Below are positions 25,179 to 33,580 of a stretch of DNA of 51,158 bases, piece by piece. Origin of the DNA: a virus; IMG/VR virus record IMGVR_UViG_3300019132_000034, positions 1 through 51,158 of that record; one strand, 5' to 3'. The notes beneath the pieces are model-generated. The model searched no databases. It was not told where the DNA came from and saw nothing but the letters and a program-made list of their open reading frames with translations. The translations under genes and the position numbers were made by a program. How positions within the stretch are numbered: position 1 is the first letter of the stretch; every line of letters begins with the position of its first letter.

Positions 25179-26540
25179 ATGGTGCGTTCGACGATTCAAT
25201 TAAGCGTTTCAGAGGTTAATTCAGATGTCATTAAAGAGATTATAGAATGGCATAAACCACATCGCAACAAAATGTTAGGATTATTTAACCGCTGGAAAGG
25301 AGAAGGGATACCGATTCAAAGTCGTGTGTTGCCGGATCCAAAAAAACCGAATAATAAGATACCTAATGATTACCGAGGTTATATTATTGGCCAGATTGTA
25401 GGCTACTTATGGGGACAACCTATTTCTTACAGCATCGATAGCCGCAATTATGGAGAAGAGAAAGCGAAACAATTCCATAACAAAATAGCACGATTCAATG
25501 TGTTGAACACGATCGATGATTTGGATAGTGAAACAGGAAAGCTTATGAGTATTTGTGGATATACCGCTCGTCTCTTGTATATTGATAAAAACGGAGACGA
25601 ACGAGTGATGAATATTTTCCCTTGGGAAGCGGTATTTATTGAGGAGAATGGGGAAATCAGGCATGCTATCCGATATTTCAAGGTGAAAAACAAGCAAAAT
25701 GAAGAGGTTACAAGGGTAGAATGGTATGATGACACCAATATAACCTTTTATATCGAAAAGGATGGGAAGTATGTTCTTGAAGGAGAACGGGAACCCCATC
25801 TTTTTAATTATGTGCCACTCGTCCGATTCCAGAACAATGATGAAGAACAAGGGGACTTTGAGAAGGTTGAGGCTCTTATTGATGCCTATGACAAGATTGT
25901 GAGTGATTCGGTGAATGAAATCGAGACATTCGCCAACGCTTACATGAAATTTAAGGGAACGTATGTGGATAGGGAAACGATTGACAAAGCTAAACAGACA
26001 GGGGCATTTGAAGTTCCGCCAGAGGGTGATGCAGATTTTATCACCAAGAACATTAATGATACCTTCGTTGAAAACAACAAGAGAACTCTGAATGAAAATA
26101 TCCATAAATTTTCGTCAAGTGTAGATATGTCCGACGAGAAATTCAGCGGTGGTTCCCAAACAGGGGAAAGTCGTAAGTGGAAATTGCTTGCTCTTGAAAA
26201 TAAAGCGGGTATCAAGGCGCGAAAATTTGGGAAAGGCCTGCGTGAGCAATTTAAAGTACTGTGCAGTGCGTGGAAGAAGAAAAACATTAATATCGACTAT
26301 CTCGATATTTTTTGGGAATTCAAACGGAATATTCCGATTGATTTGTCATATGTAGCGGAATATGCATCCAGATTAAAAGGAATTCATAGCGACCAAACGT
26401 TATTGGCCCAAATCCCTTATATTGATGACGTGAATTATGAGTTGGATCTTATGCGTCAGGAACAAGAGGAACGCATTGATTTAGATTTATTTACGAATCA
26501 GTCAGTTGAGGAAAATACAAAAGAGAACGAACTCGAATGA
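25179..26540 (+). CDS. Portal protein (SPP1 Gp6-like)
   Basis: A 453-aa ORF positioned after terL, with a typical acidic C-terminus. Confidence 0.8.
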   Translation: MVRSTIQLSVSEVNSDVIKEIIEWHKPHRNKMLGLFNRWKGEGIPIQSRVLPDPKKPNNKIPNDYRGYIIGQIVGYLWGQPISYSIDSRNYGEEKAKQFHNKIARFNVLNTIDDLDSETGKLMSICGYTARLLYIDKNGDERVMNIFPWEAVFIEENGEIRHAIRYFKVKNKQNEEVTRVEWYDDTNITFYIEKDGKYVLEGEREPHLFNYVPLVRFQNNDEEQGDFEKVEALIDAYDKIVSDSVNEIETFANAYMKFKGTYVDRETIDKAKQTGAFEVPPEGDADFITKNINDTFVENNKRTLNENIHKFSSSVDMSDEKFSGGSQTGESRKWKLLALENKAGIKARKFGKGLREQFKVLCSAWKKKNINIDYLDIFWEFKRNIPIDLSYVAEYASRLKGIHSDQTLLAQIPYIDDVNYELDLMRQEQEERIDLDLFTNQSVEENTKENELE

Positions 26541-26656
26541 GGACGTTCTTTTTTATTGCGTTCTTGTCCTGAGCATGACGTTAAACTGCTTAAAATTATA
26601 AAAAATGAACTTTACGGGGGCATAAGCAACCGTAAAGGGCAAGGAGGAAATAAAGG

Positions 26657-27376
26657 ATGGGAACTAACAAACAACCATTTTATAAATCTTCAACATTTCC
26701 GCTACGCATTAATCTTCAATATTTTGCGGAAGGTGGAGACGGCGGTGAAGGTGGCGAAGGAAATCCGCCAGCAGGACAGCAGGGAGAAGGGCAACCAAGC
26801 GGGCAACAACAAGGCGAGCCGAGCCACACACAAGGGTTGCAATTGACACTTGATGTGGTGCAAAAGTTCGTCAACGAGAATGATGATGCAAAAAGATGGT
26901 TGCAGTCACTTACAGATTCACGCGTGACGGAAGCGATTAAGACCTACGAAAAAAAGACTCTTCCGAAAAAAATTGAAGAAGAAATTGCAAAACGTTATCC
27001 GCCAGAGACACCCGAACAGAAACAACTCCGTGAACTGCAGCAAAAGTTGGAGCAAATCGAGCAAGAAAAAATCCGTGAATCTTTGAGAAACAGAGCCTTG
27101 TCGATTGCAACAGAAAAACAACTGCCTACTAAGCTAGTTGATTTCTTTATTGGTAACGATGAAGAGACAACACTAAAAAATCTTTCTGCCTTTGAGGAGG
27201 TGTTTTCTGCTGCTATACAAACAGCAGTGGAGGAACGATTCAAGAGCGGTGGTCGCAATCCGAAACCATCCAATCCAGATGACAAACCGCTTACCCGCGA
27301 ACAAATTGAGAAGATGACACCGGATGAAATTAATAAGAATTGGGAGCAAATTGAAAAGTTTTTACAAGGAAAATAG
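26657..27376 (+). CDS. Scaffolding protein
   Basis: N-terminal NLQYFAE motif, a Gly/Glu/Gln-rich linker and a coiled coil. It precedes the capsid gene. Confidence 0.7.
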   Translation: MGTNKQPFYKSSTFPLRINLQYFAEGGDGGEGGEGNPPAGQQGEGQPSGQQQGEPSHTQGLQLTLDVVQKFVNENDDAKRWLQSLTDSRVTEAIKTYEKKTLPKKIEEEIAKRYPPETPEQKQLRELQQKLEQIEQEKIRESLRNRALSIATEKQLPTKLVDFFIGNDEETTLKNLSAFEEVFSAAIQTAVEERFKSGGRNPKPSNPDDKPLTREQIEKMTPDEINKNWEQIEKFLQGK

Positions 27377-27390
27377 GAGGATGATGAATC

Positions 27391-28254
27391 ATGCCAATCA
27401 ATAACTTTATCCCTACAGTATGGAGTGCCCGCTTACTTCAAAACTTACAAAAAACGCTTGTATATGGCCAAGCAGCGGTTATTAATCGCGATTATGAGGG
27501 AGAAATTAGAGCATACGGTGATACAGTAAAAATCAACAATATTGGCCGTATTTCCGTTGGTGACTATACAAAGAACTCGGACATGAATGATCCGGAGACA
27601 TTAACGGATGAAACACGTTCACTTGTGATTAATCAAGCGAAATACTTTAACTTCCAAGTGGATGATGTGGATCGAATTCAACAAAATCCCAAACTTATGG
27701 ATGAGGCAATGAGAGAAGCCGCTTATGCTTTACGAAATGCAGCTGATCAATATATTGCTTCACATTATGTTGATGCGGCTCAAACGATTGGGAATGATGC
27801 TACACCAATCGAGCCAACGAAAAATGATGCTTACGAATATCTTGTTGACTTGTCTGTAAAATTGGACGAAGCCGATGTGCCAGAACAAGGTCGCTTCGTT
27901 ATTGTTCCGCCGTGGTACGAAGGTTTGATGTTAAAGGATGATCGCTTTGTTAAAACGGGTAGCCTTCCAGCGGAGGATCGCTTGGTAAACGGTGTGATTG
28001 GCCGTGCCGCTGGATTCTTAGTTTTAAAGTCAAATAACGTTCCGAAAATTCCAGCGGGAACAGGGGTAGTAGAAAACTATAAAATTATTGCTGGACACAA
28101 CATCGCATGGTCATTTGCAGAACAAGTAAATAAAGTGGAAGCATACCGTCCAGAGAAACGCTTTGCGGATGCAGTAAAAGGATTACATTTATACGGTGCT
28201 AAAGTGACTCGTCCGGAAGCACTAGCGGTATTAAGCGCGAAACGTCCGGCTTAA
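27391..28254 (+). CDS. Major capsid protein
   Basis: A 287-aa ORF beginning NFIPTVWSARLL, in the expected position and followed by a terminator. Confidence 0.8.
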   Translation: MPINNFIPTVWSARLLQNLQKTLVYGQAAVINRDYEGEIRAYGDTVKINNIGRISVGDYTKNSDMNDPETLTDETRSLVINQAKYFNFQVDDVDRIQQNPKLMDEAMREAAYALRNAADQYIASHYVDAAQTIGNDATPIEPTKNDAYEYLVDLSVKLDEADVPEQGRFVIVPPWYEGLMLKDDRFVKTGSLPAEDRLVNGVIGRAAGFLVLKSNNVPKIPAGTGVVENYKIIAGHNIAWSFAEQVNKVEAYRPEKRFADAVKGLHLYGAKVTRPEALAVLSAKRPA

Positions 28255-28258
28255 TAAC

Positions 28259-28285
28259 AAGGGGGGCTTATGCTCCCTTTTTTCT
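28259..28285 (+). terminator. Intrinsic terminator after the capsid gene
   Basis: AGGGGGGC/GCTCCCTT stem and a T-run. Confidence 0.55.
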
Positions 28286-28309
28286 ATGGTGATAGGAGGT
28301 GGATAAGAA

Positions 28310-28462
28310 ATGTGGTTGCAGAGCAAGAAAACCGGAAAGAAGTGGTTTATTGCCAATGAGGATCATGCCAAACGCTTACTGAAAAATGGCGATTTTGAAC
28401 AAGTAGAGGTAGAAGAGAAAAAGTTACAGAAAAAAGCGGCATCTAAAAGTGATCAAGAATGA
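28310..28462 (+). CDS. Hypothetical 50-aa protein
   Basis: ATG follows GGAGGTGGA. ATGA overlap with the next gene. Confidence 0.45.
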   Translation: MWLQSKKTGKKWFIANEDHAKRLLKNGDFEQVEVEEKKLQKKAASKSDQE

Positions 28463-29769
28463 AAAATCTCAATAAAACCCCAGAAATGATTGAACAACTC
28501 GTAAATAAACGAGTGAAAAAGGGGGAGCGGGATATCGTCAAACGGTACGCTCTCCTTTTAAATGACATTCGTAAGGAATTAGCCAAGCTGTATGAAAAAT
28601 ATGAGGTAGACGGCAAGCTTACGTTTGCAGAAATGGCCAAATATGATCGGCTCAAGAAGTTTCTTGATTATATGAATTGGCTATTGGGGGCCGTGTACAG
28701 AGACCTTAAAAAAGTAGTTTACAATATTCTCGGTGAATCGTATCTGGATGGCTATTATCTCACTGCGTGGGCGGTTGAAACGGATACATTAAGCCGTTTA
28801 AACTATTCCGCTGTTCCTGCGTCTACCATTGCTGCCATGATTGAGAATCCCATTTCCGGCCTAACCTTATCACAGCGCCTGGAAAAGAATCGAGCGGGGA
28901 TTATCTATACCATACAGCAAGAAGTGACACAGGGATTGGTTAACGGTGAAAGCTATAAGAAAATGGCCAAACGCCTAAAGAGCGCTCTTGAAGGTGATAC
29001 AGTCAAAGCTATGCGAATTGTACGGACAGAGGCTCATCGAGTTGTTGAATCCTCAAAACATGATGCCGCTGAACATGCTCATAAAAATGGTGTAATCATG
29101 ATGAAGGAATGGAACAGTATGCAGGATCAGCGGGTTCGTGACCGCCATAAGCGGCTGGATGGACAGAAAGTTCCGGTTGATCAAGATTTTAAATTAGGTC
29201 CTGTTATCGGAAAAGCGCCAGGACAAATGAGCGGAGGAGCCGCCATGAATGTTAACTGTCGCTGTTTTCTCACATATTCCGTGGAACGTATCGAGAAAGT
29301 TGATGCAAAAGAATTGGAAGGTATGACGTTTGAGGAGTGGAAGGAAACTAGACTTAGCGGTGCGAAAAAACGGACGATGAGTGATGTTGAAAATGAGATA
29401 AAACGTGATATCATTAATGGTAAATATAACCTGAAAATGAAAAAAGAAAGTTATGAGAAACACTTAAAGGGGCATAAACGTTATATAGAATATCAGCAAC
29501 GAAACCGAGCCCAAGGAAAATTCGGACCGAGTTATTTAACCGTTAGCGCCGAAGAAGCTCAAGAACTCATCTATAAGTATGCAGGTACCGGAACCCTGGA
29601 ATTTGATCGTAAAGGTAACTGGACTCACAAAGAAATTATCGAAGCGGATCAGGATATCGGCGTTCATGTATCATTAACTGATGGAGCGGAAACGCCGAGC
29701 AATCGCTTTAAAATACATTATTCAAAATCAGGAACACATATTGTACCTACTCAAAGAAGGGAGGATTAA
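28459..29769 (+). CDS. Head morphogenesis protein (SPP1 gp7 / Mu F-like) with a C-terminal extension of about 145 aa
   Basis: The Mu F-like core (RIVRTEAHRV...W.S..D.RVRDRH..LDGQ...NCRC) ends near aa 280. An extra domain follows. Confidence 0.75.
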   Translation: MKNLNKTPEMIEQLVNKRVKKGERDIVKRYALLLNDIRKELAKLYEKYEVDGKLTFAEMAKYDRLKKFLDYMNWLLGAVYRDLKKVVYNILGESYLDGYYLTAWAVETDTLSRLNYSAVPASTIAAMIENPISGLTLSQRLEKNRAGIIYTIQQEVTQGLVNGESYKKMAKRLKSALEGDTVKAMRIVRTEAHRVVESSKHDAAEHAHKNGVIMMKEWNSMQDQRVRDRHKRLDGQKVPVDQDFKLGPVIGKAPGQMSGGAAMNVNCRCFLTYSVERIEKVDAKELEGMTFEEWKETRLSGAKKRTMSDVENEIKRDIINGKYNLKMKKESYEKHLKGHKRYIEYQQRNRAQGKFGPSYLTVSAEEAQELIYKYAGTGTLEFDRKGNWTHKEIIEADQDIGVHVSLTDGAETPSNRFKIHYSKSGTHIVPTQRRED

Positions 29770-29770
29770 C

Positions 29771-29968
29771 ATGAAACTATGGGAGTATGACGGCAAGGTC
29801 ATCATTGTTCATACTAAAGATTCGGAATCATTTAAGGGCTTTGCCACGTATAACGACAAAGAGGACTATGAGGAAGAACAGGATAGTCTATCGATTGAAC
29901 TATCCGGTCAATCAAGTAGCATTTGTATTTACGAAAATGAAATAGATCGGATCGAGATAATTAGGTAA
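29771..29968 (+). CDS. Hypothetical 65-aa protein
   Basis: ATG lies 1 nt after the upstream stop, with RBS GAAGGGAGGA. A strong terminator follows. Confidence 0.5.
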   Translation: MKLWEYDGKVIIVHTKDSESFKGFATYNDKEDYEEEQDSLSIELSGQSSSICIYENEIDRIEIIR

Positions 29969-29997
29969 GCACTTACGACGGCGTAAGTGTTTTTTTA
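29969..29997 (+). terminator. Intrinsic terminator
   Basis: ACTTACG/CGTAAGT stem followed by TTTTTTT. Confidence 0.8.
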
Positions 29998-30018
29998 TAT
30001 CCTCCGATTCATGAGTAG

Positions 30019-30333
30019 GTGATGAAAATGACATTAGAGGAACTGAAAATCCGACTTAAGATTCCATCCAGCGATACATCTCAGGACGAATATTTGCAAG
30101 TGGCTTTAGAGGATGCTGTAGACTACGTGAAGCAGTATTGCTGCTATTCGTTTGAAGAAGGATTCCCAGCGGGAGTAAAACAGGCTTTAACAAAGCTAGT
30201 CAAAGCCTACCAAGAAAACAGCAATGTGGCTTCTCAATCGCTGGGGGATATGTCTAAAAGCTTTTTTGAAGGTGGCACAATGAATGAGGTTCACCGCTTA
30301 TTACAACCGTATAGAAGGGCTCGATTTGTATGA
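30019..30333 (+). CDS. Head-tail connector (gp6-like)
   Basis: LEELKIRLKIPSSDTSQDEYLQVALEDA pattern. It is the first gene of the neck module. Confidence 0.65.
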   Translation: MMKMTLEELKIRLKIPSSDTSQDEYLQVALEDAVDYVKQYCCYSFEEGFPAGVKQALTKLVKAYQENSNVASQSLGDMSKSFFEGGTMNEVHRLLQPYRRARFV

Positions 30334-30836
30334 GTGTAGTTATTAAAGACACGAATCATATCGATAAAGTCATACGGAACCTTAAACAACTAGGAGGCAA
30401 ACAAATCAAAGTTGGTTTGTTTGGTTCGGATGATTCGGAGTTAGTGATGATTGGAGCGGTTCATGAATACGGTGCGGAAATACGGGTTACGCCACGAATG
30501 AGAGCATGGTTTGCTTACCAGGGATATCCGCTCAAAAAAGAAACAACGGTCATTAGAATTCCAGAACGCTCCTGGCTTCGCAGCGGTTTTGATGAGAACA
30601 TTGATAAGATTGCAAAGAAGATTGAAGAAATGGTCCCGGAGGTCTTAGAGTGCAATGTCAACCCTAAGCTTTTTATGGATGCGATTGGGATGGAGTTTGC
30701 CGGACTCATCCAAAAGAAGATGCGGGCATTGAAGGAGCCGCCTAACAGTAGCATGACTATCGAGCGAAAAGGTTCAGATAATCCGCTGATCGATACAGGT
30801 CGCTTAGTGGGTTCGATTCGTCATGAGGTGGAATAA
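30330..30836 (+). CDS. Neck / head-closure protein (HK97 gp10-like, tentative)
   Basis: Called on position and size, plus the VHEYG motif. Confidence 0.4.
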   Translation: MSVVIKDTNHIDKVIRNLKQLGGKQIKVGLFGSDDSELVMIGAVHEYGAEIRVTPRMRAWFAYQGYPLKKETTVIRIPERSWLRSGFDENIDKIAKKIEEMVPEVLECNVNPKLFMDAIGMEFAGLIQKKMRALKEPPNSSMTIERKGSDNPLIDTGRLVGSIRHEVE

Positions 30837-31178
30837 ATGAAGGCTTTTGAATTTTCGGATTTTGTAGAGGAATTCAAAGTCCCTTTTACGTATATTGAGA
30901 AAAACAATGGGGGACATTGGCAAGCGGGTGAATGGGTAAAAGGGACAGAAACACGTATAAAAATGTATGGGATTGTATTGCCGCTGTCAGAAGATGATTT
31001 ACAATACGCCGAGGCAGGGACTTATCGAGCTAAAGACAAGAAGATATACACCACCCAACCGCTTCAATTGAATGCTGAGGTAGAATACAAGGGTGACCGT
31101 TATACGATTCAAAATTTTAAGGATTATAGTGAGTATGCAGATGTGTATATCTACTATGCAAGGTGGCGGGAAAAATGA
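30837..31178 (+). CDS. Neck/tail-joining protein (hypothetical)
   Basis: A 113-aa ORF in the neck module. Confidence 0.45.
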   Translation: MKAFEFSDFVEEFKVPFTYIEKNNGGHWQAGEWVKGTETRIKMYGIVLPLSEDDLQYAEAGTYRAKDKKIYTTQPLQLNAEVEYKGDRYTIQNFKDYSEYADVYIYYARWREK

Positions 31179-31654
31179 TAGAAATCGTGAAACAAATGAT
31201 TGTTCAAGCGATTCGCTCTGTAGATTTCGAAATTATTCCAACCCATACCACAAAGCCGCCGCCGCCACTTCCTTATGCGACATATAACATCACCGCTCCA
31301 TATATCCAAGAAAGAGGACATCCAAATATCACCGCTAAAGAACGAGGCGGGGAACTGTATCAATACTTTGAAGTACAGTATCTTATAACTATCTCGTTCA
31401 ACGTCTATGCGGATAAAAACGAATCAACCATTGACCAAACAATGAAGCTGAGGCAATGGTTTTTGTTTTTGGGGCAAGATTTTTTGCAAGATAGCGGGAT
31501 AGCGGTTGTGAGTGTAGGGAACATCGAAAATCGCACGACATTTTTGGTAGATAGCTACGAGTACAAATATGGCTTTGATGTCCAATTGCGTATGACACAA
31601 ACAACAGAGGTTAAATCTGATTGGTTTGATAAAGTAACCTTCAAAGGAGAGTGA
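31175..31654 (+). CDS. Tail terminator/completion protein (hypothetical)
   Basis: ATGA overlap with the upstream gene. It precedes the sheath gene. Confidence 0.45.
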   Translation: MIEIVKQMIVQAIRSVDFEIIPTHTTKPPPPLPYATYNITAPYIQERGHPNITAKERGGELYQYFEVQYLITISFNVYADKNESTIDQTMKLRQWFLFLGQDFLQDSGIAVVSVGNIENRTTFLVDSYEYKYGFDVQLRMTQTTEVKSDWFDKVTFKGE

Positions 31655-31658
31655 GAAC

Positions 31659-32672
31659 ATGGGGAATCGTTATGTAGATGTCACTATTACACGACAAACC
31701 AAACCGGTATCTGAAGTTGGATTTGGGTTGCCGCTTGTATTAGCAACTTCGAAAACACTCGCTTACAAGGTCTATAACGATATCGAAGAGGTTTTAGCTG
31801 ATTTCGCAGATACAACAGAGGAATATAAGCTACTTTCACGTATGTTTGGTCAGAACCCACGTCCAGCCCAGATTGCTGTTTATGGAGTTCCGTATGATAG
31901 CGCTACTGATGAGCCATCTACATTAGCCGAAGCATTAACTACGCTAATAACAATGGGAAAAAACGATTTTTATTATCTCCTATCCGTTCAGCAAGGGGAT
32001 GAGGAAATCACCTCCTTAGCGGAATGGGCTAGCACAAAAGACAAGATTTATGCCGCTTCTACATCTAGCACAACATTGTATCAGAATTTAAAAGACTTAT
32101 ACGATAACGTATTTTTACTTGTCCACGATCAACCTCGTCAATATCCAGCGGAAGGGCTTGTAGCGCAGTTAGCACCCCTACCGATTGGAAGCTATACCTG
32201 GACCTTTAAAACGATACAGGGGGTAACCCCAGCGGCATATGACGCTACCAAAATTAATGACATACACGAAAATAACGCTTGTACTTACATTCAAGAGGGT
32301 GGCGTAAATATTACTTCTCACGGGGTAGCAACAAGCGGTGAATACGTCGATGTAGTGCAATCTACACACTATATTAAATCACGAATGACCGAGGCGGTAT
32401 TCCGTTTACTAGCACAGAATTCAAAAATCCCTTATACCGACGCGGGGATTGCTATGGTTGTAGCGGAAGTGGACAACGTATTAAAACAGGCATTCAGACA
32501 AGGTATTATTGCAGAGGAAAACGGAGAACCGCTTTATAGTATTAATGTTCCAAAACGTGAAGATATTCCGGCCAATACGAGAGCGCAACGAGTTTTACCG
32601 GATGTTAAATGGACTGCGACGATTGCTGGAGCGGTGGAGAAAGTAGAAATTCGAGGCGTTCTTACCATTTAA
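31659..32672 (+). CDS. Tail sheath-like protein
   Basis: A 337-aa ORF directly upstream of the tube, chaperone and tape-measure genes and an Xkd-type baseplate. Confidence 0.55.
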   Translation: MGNRYVDVTITRQTKPVSEVGFGLPLVLATSKTLAYKVYNDIEEVLADFADTTEEYKLLSRMFGQNPRPAQIAVYGVPYDSATDEPSTLAEALTTLITMGKNDFYYLLSVQQGDEEITSLAEWASTKDKIYAASTSSTTLYQNLKDLYDNVFLLVHDQPRQYPAEGLVAQLAPLPIGSYTWTFKTIQGVTPAAYDATKINDIHENNACTYIQEGGVNITSHGVATSGEYVDVVQSTHYIKSRMTEAVFRLLAQNSKIPYTDAGIAMVVAEVDNVLKQAFRQGIIAEENGEPLYSINVPKREDIPANTRAQRVLPDVKWTATIAGAVEKVEIRGVLTI

Positions 32673-32685
32673 GGAGGGAGTATAG

Positions 32686-33093
32686 ATGGAAAACGTTACA
32701 GTTACTACCTATGATTTTAAGAAAGTATCCACCATTGTAAATGGGGTGTATATTACCGGATACATGGACGGTGAACCTATTCAGGTAGAAAAAAATGAAG
32801 ATGACGTAACGGCGCATGTTGGAGCGGATGGCGGAGTAACTTATGCCGAGAGTGCCGACCGAACAGGTACCATTACACTTACGTTAAAGCAAACATCCGC
32901 TTCTCTTCCTTACCTGCAGCAATTACGTAAATCGAAAAAGATTTTTCCAATCCAAATCATTGATAATAACACCCGTGCCTATCGTACAGGCGGGAGTCAG
33001 GCGCGAATTATCAAAATGCCTTCCCGTTCCTGGGGGAATGAGGTACAAGGGGTAGAGGTTCAAATTCATGTAGCGGATTTAACAGAAGCATAA
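32686..33093 (+). CDS. Tail tube protein
   Basis: A 135-aa ORF between the sheath and chaperone genes. Confidence 0.55.
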   Translation: MENVTVTTYDFKKVSTIVNGVYITGYMDGEPIQVEKNEDDVTAHVGADGGVTYAESADRTGTITLTLKQTSASLPYLQQLRKSKKIFPIQIIDNNTRAYRTGGSQARIIKMPSRSWGNEVQGVEVQIHVADLTEA

Positions 33094-33108
33094 AAGGAGG
33101 AATAACCA

Positions 33109-33402
33109 ATGGGTTTTAAACCAAAAACAGAAGAATATGTAAGTCAATCCGGAAATAAATATGTTTTTCAATCCGTTTTTCCATCGAAATGGGCTCAAAT
33201 TGTGGATCAGATTACAGATAAACACGGAAAAGTCTTAAACTCTAAAGCAATGCCAGCTATGCTTGAACATGTTGTGGTTGAACCATCTGGATTAAAGATG
33301 GATGATTTTGAAGAATGGGCCGAATTAGAGGAAGTGACTCAGGCCGCTTTTTTGTTTCAACAAGGGAGAAAACGACAAGTTGCTAAATCTGAGGAACGTT
33401 GA
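33109..33402 (+). CDS. Tail assembly chaperone
   Basis: A 97-aa acidic protein immediately upstream of the tape measure. Confidence 0.55.
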   Translation: MGFKPKTEEYVSQSGNKYVFQSVFPSKWAQIVDQITDKHGKVLNSKAMPAMLEHVVVEPSGLKMDDFEEWAELEEVTQAAFLFQQGRKRQVAKSEER

Positions 33403-33580
33403 CGCCGTTCCTTTTTTGTTTGCTCAAAAAGTAAAAGAGCATTGGTGGAAATACGTAATTCCACAGTATTTCCCCGCTTATAAACCAACTGAAATTGAGG
33501 AATGGCCCGCTGATGTGATTTTAGAACATCTCGCCGCTATTAATCTATTGAAACCAAAAGGCGGTGAAGGTAATGGATAG
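33380..33580 (+). CDS. Second chaperone ORF, either stand-alone (TTG start) or a frameshift extension
   Basis: It overlaps the 3' end of the chaperone gene in the +1 frame and ends at the tape-measure start. Confidence 0.4.
   Translation: MLNLRNVDAVPFLFAQKVKEHWWKYVIPQYFPAYKPTEIEEWPADVILEHLAAINLLKPKGGEGNG

Noticed and set aside
26556-26846. 96-aa ORF overlapping the scaffold gene start
   Set aside because: It is out of frame with the scaffold ORF, which carries the conserved NLQYFAE N-terminus and an RBS (AAGGAGG). It has no RBS of its own.
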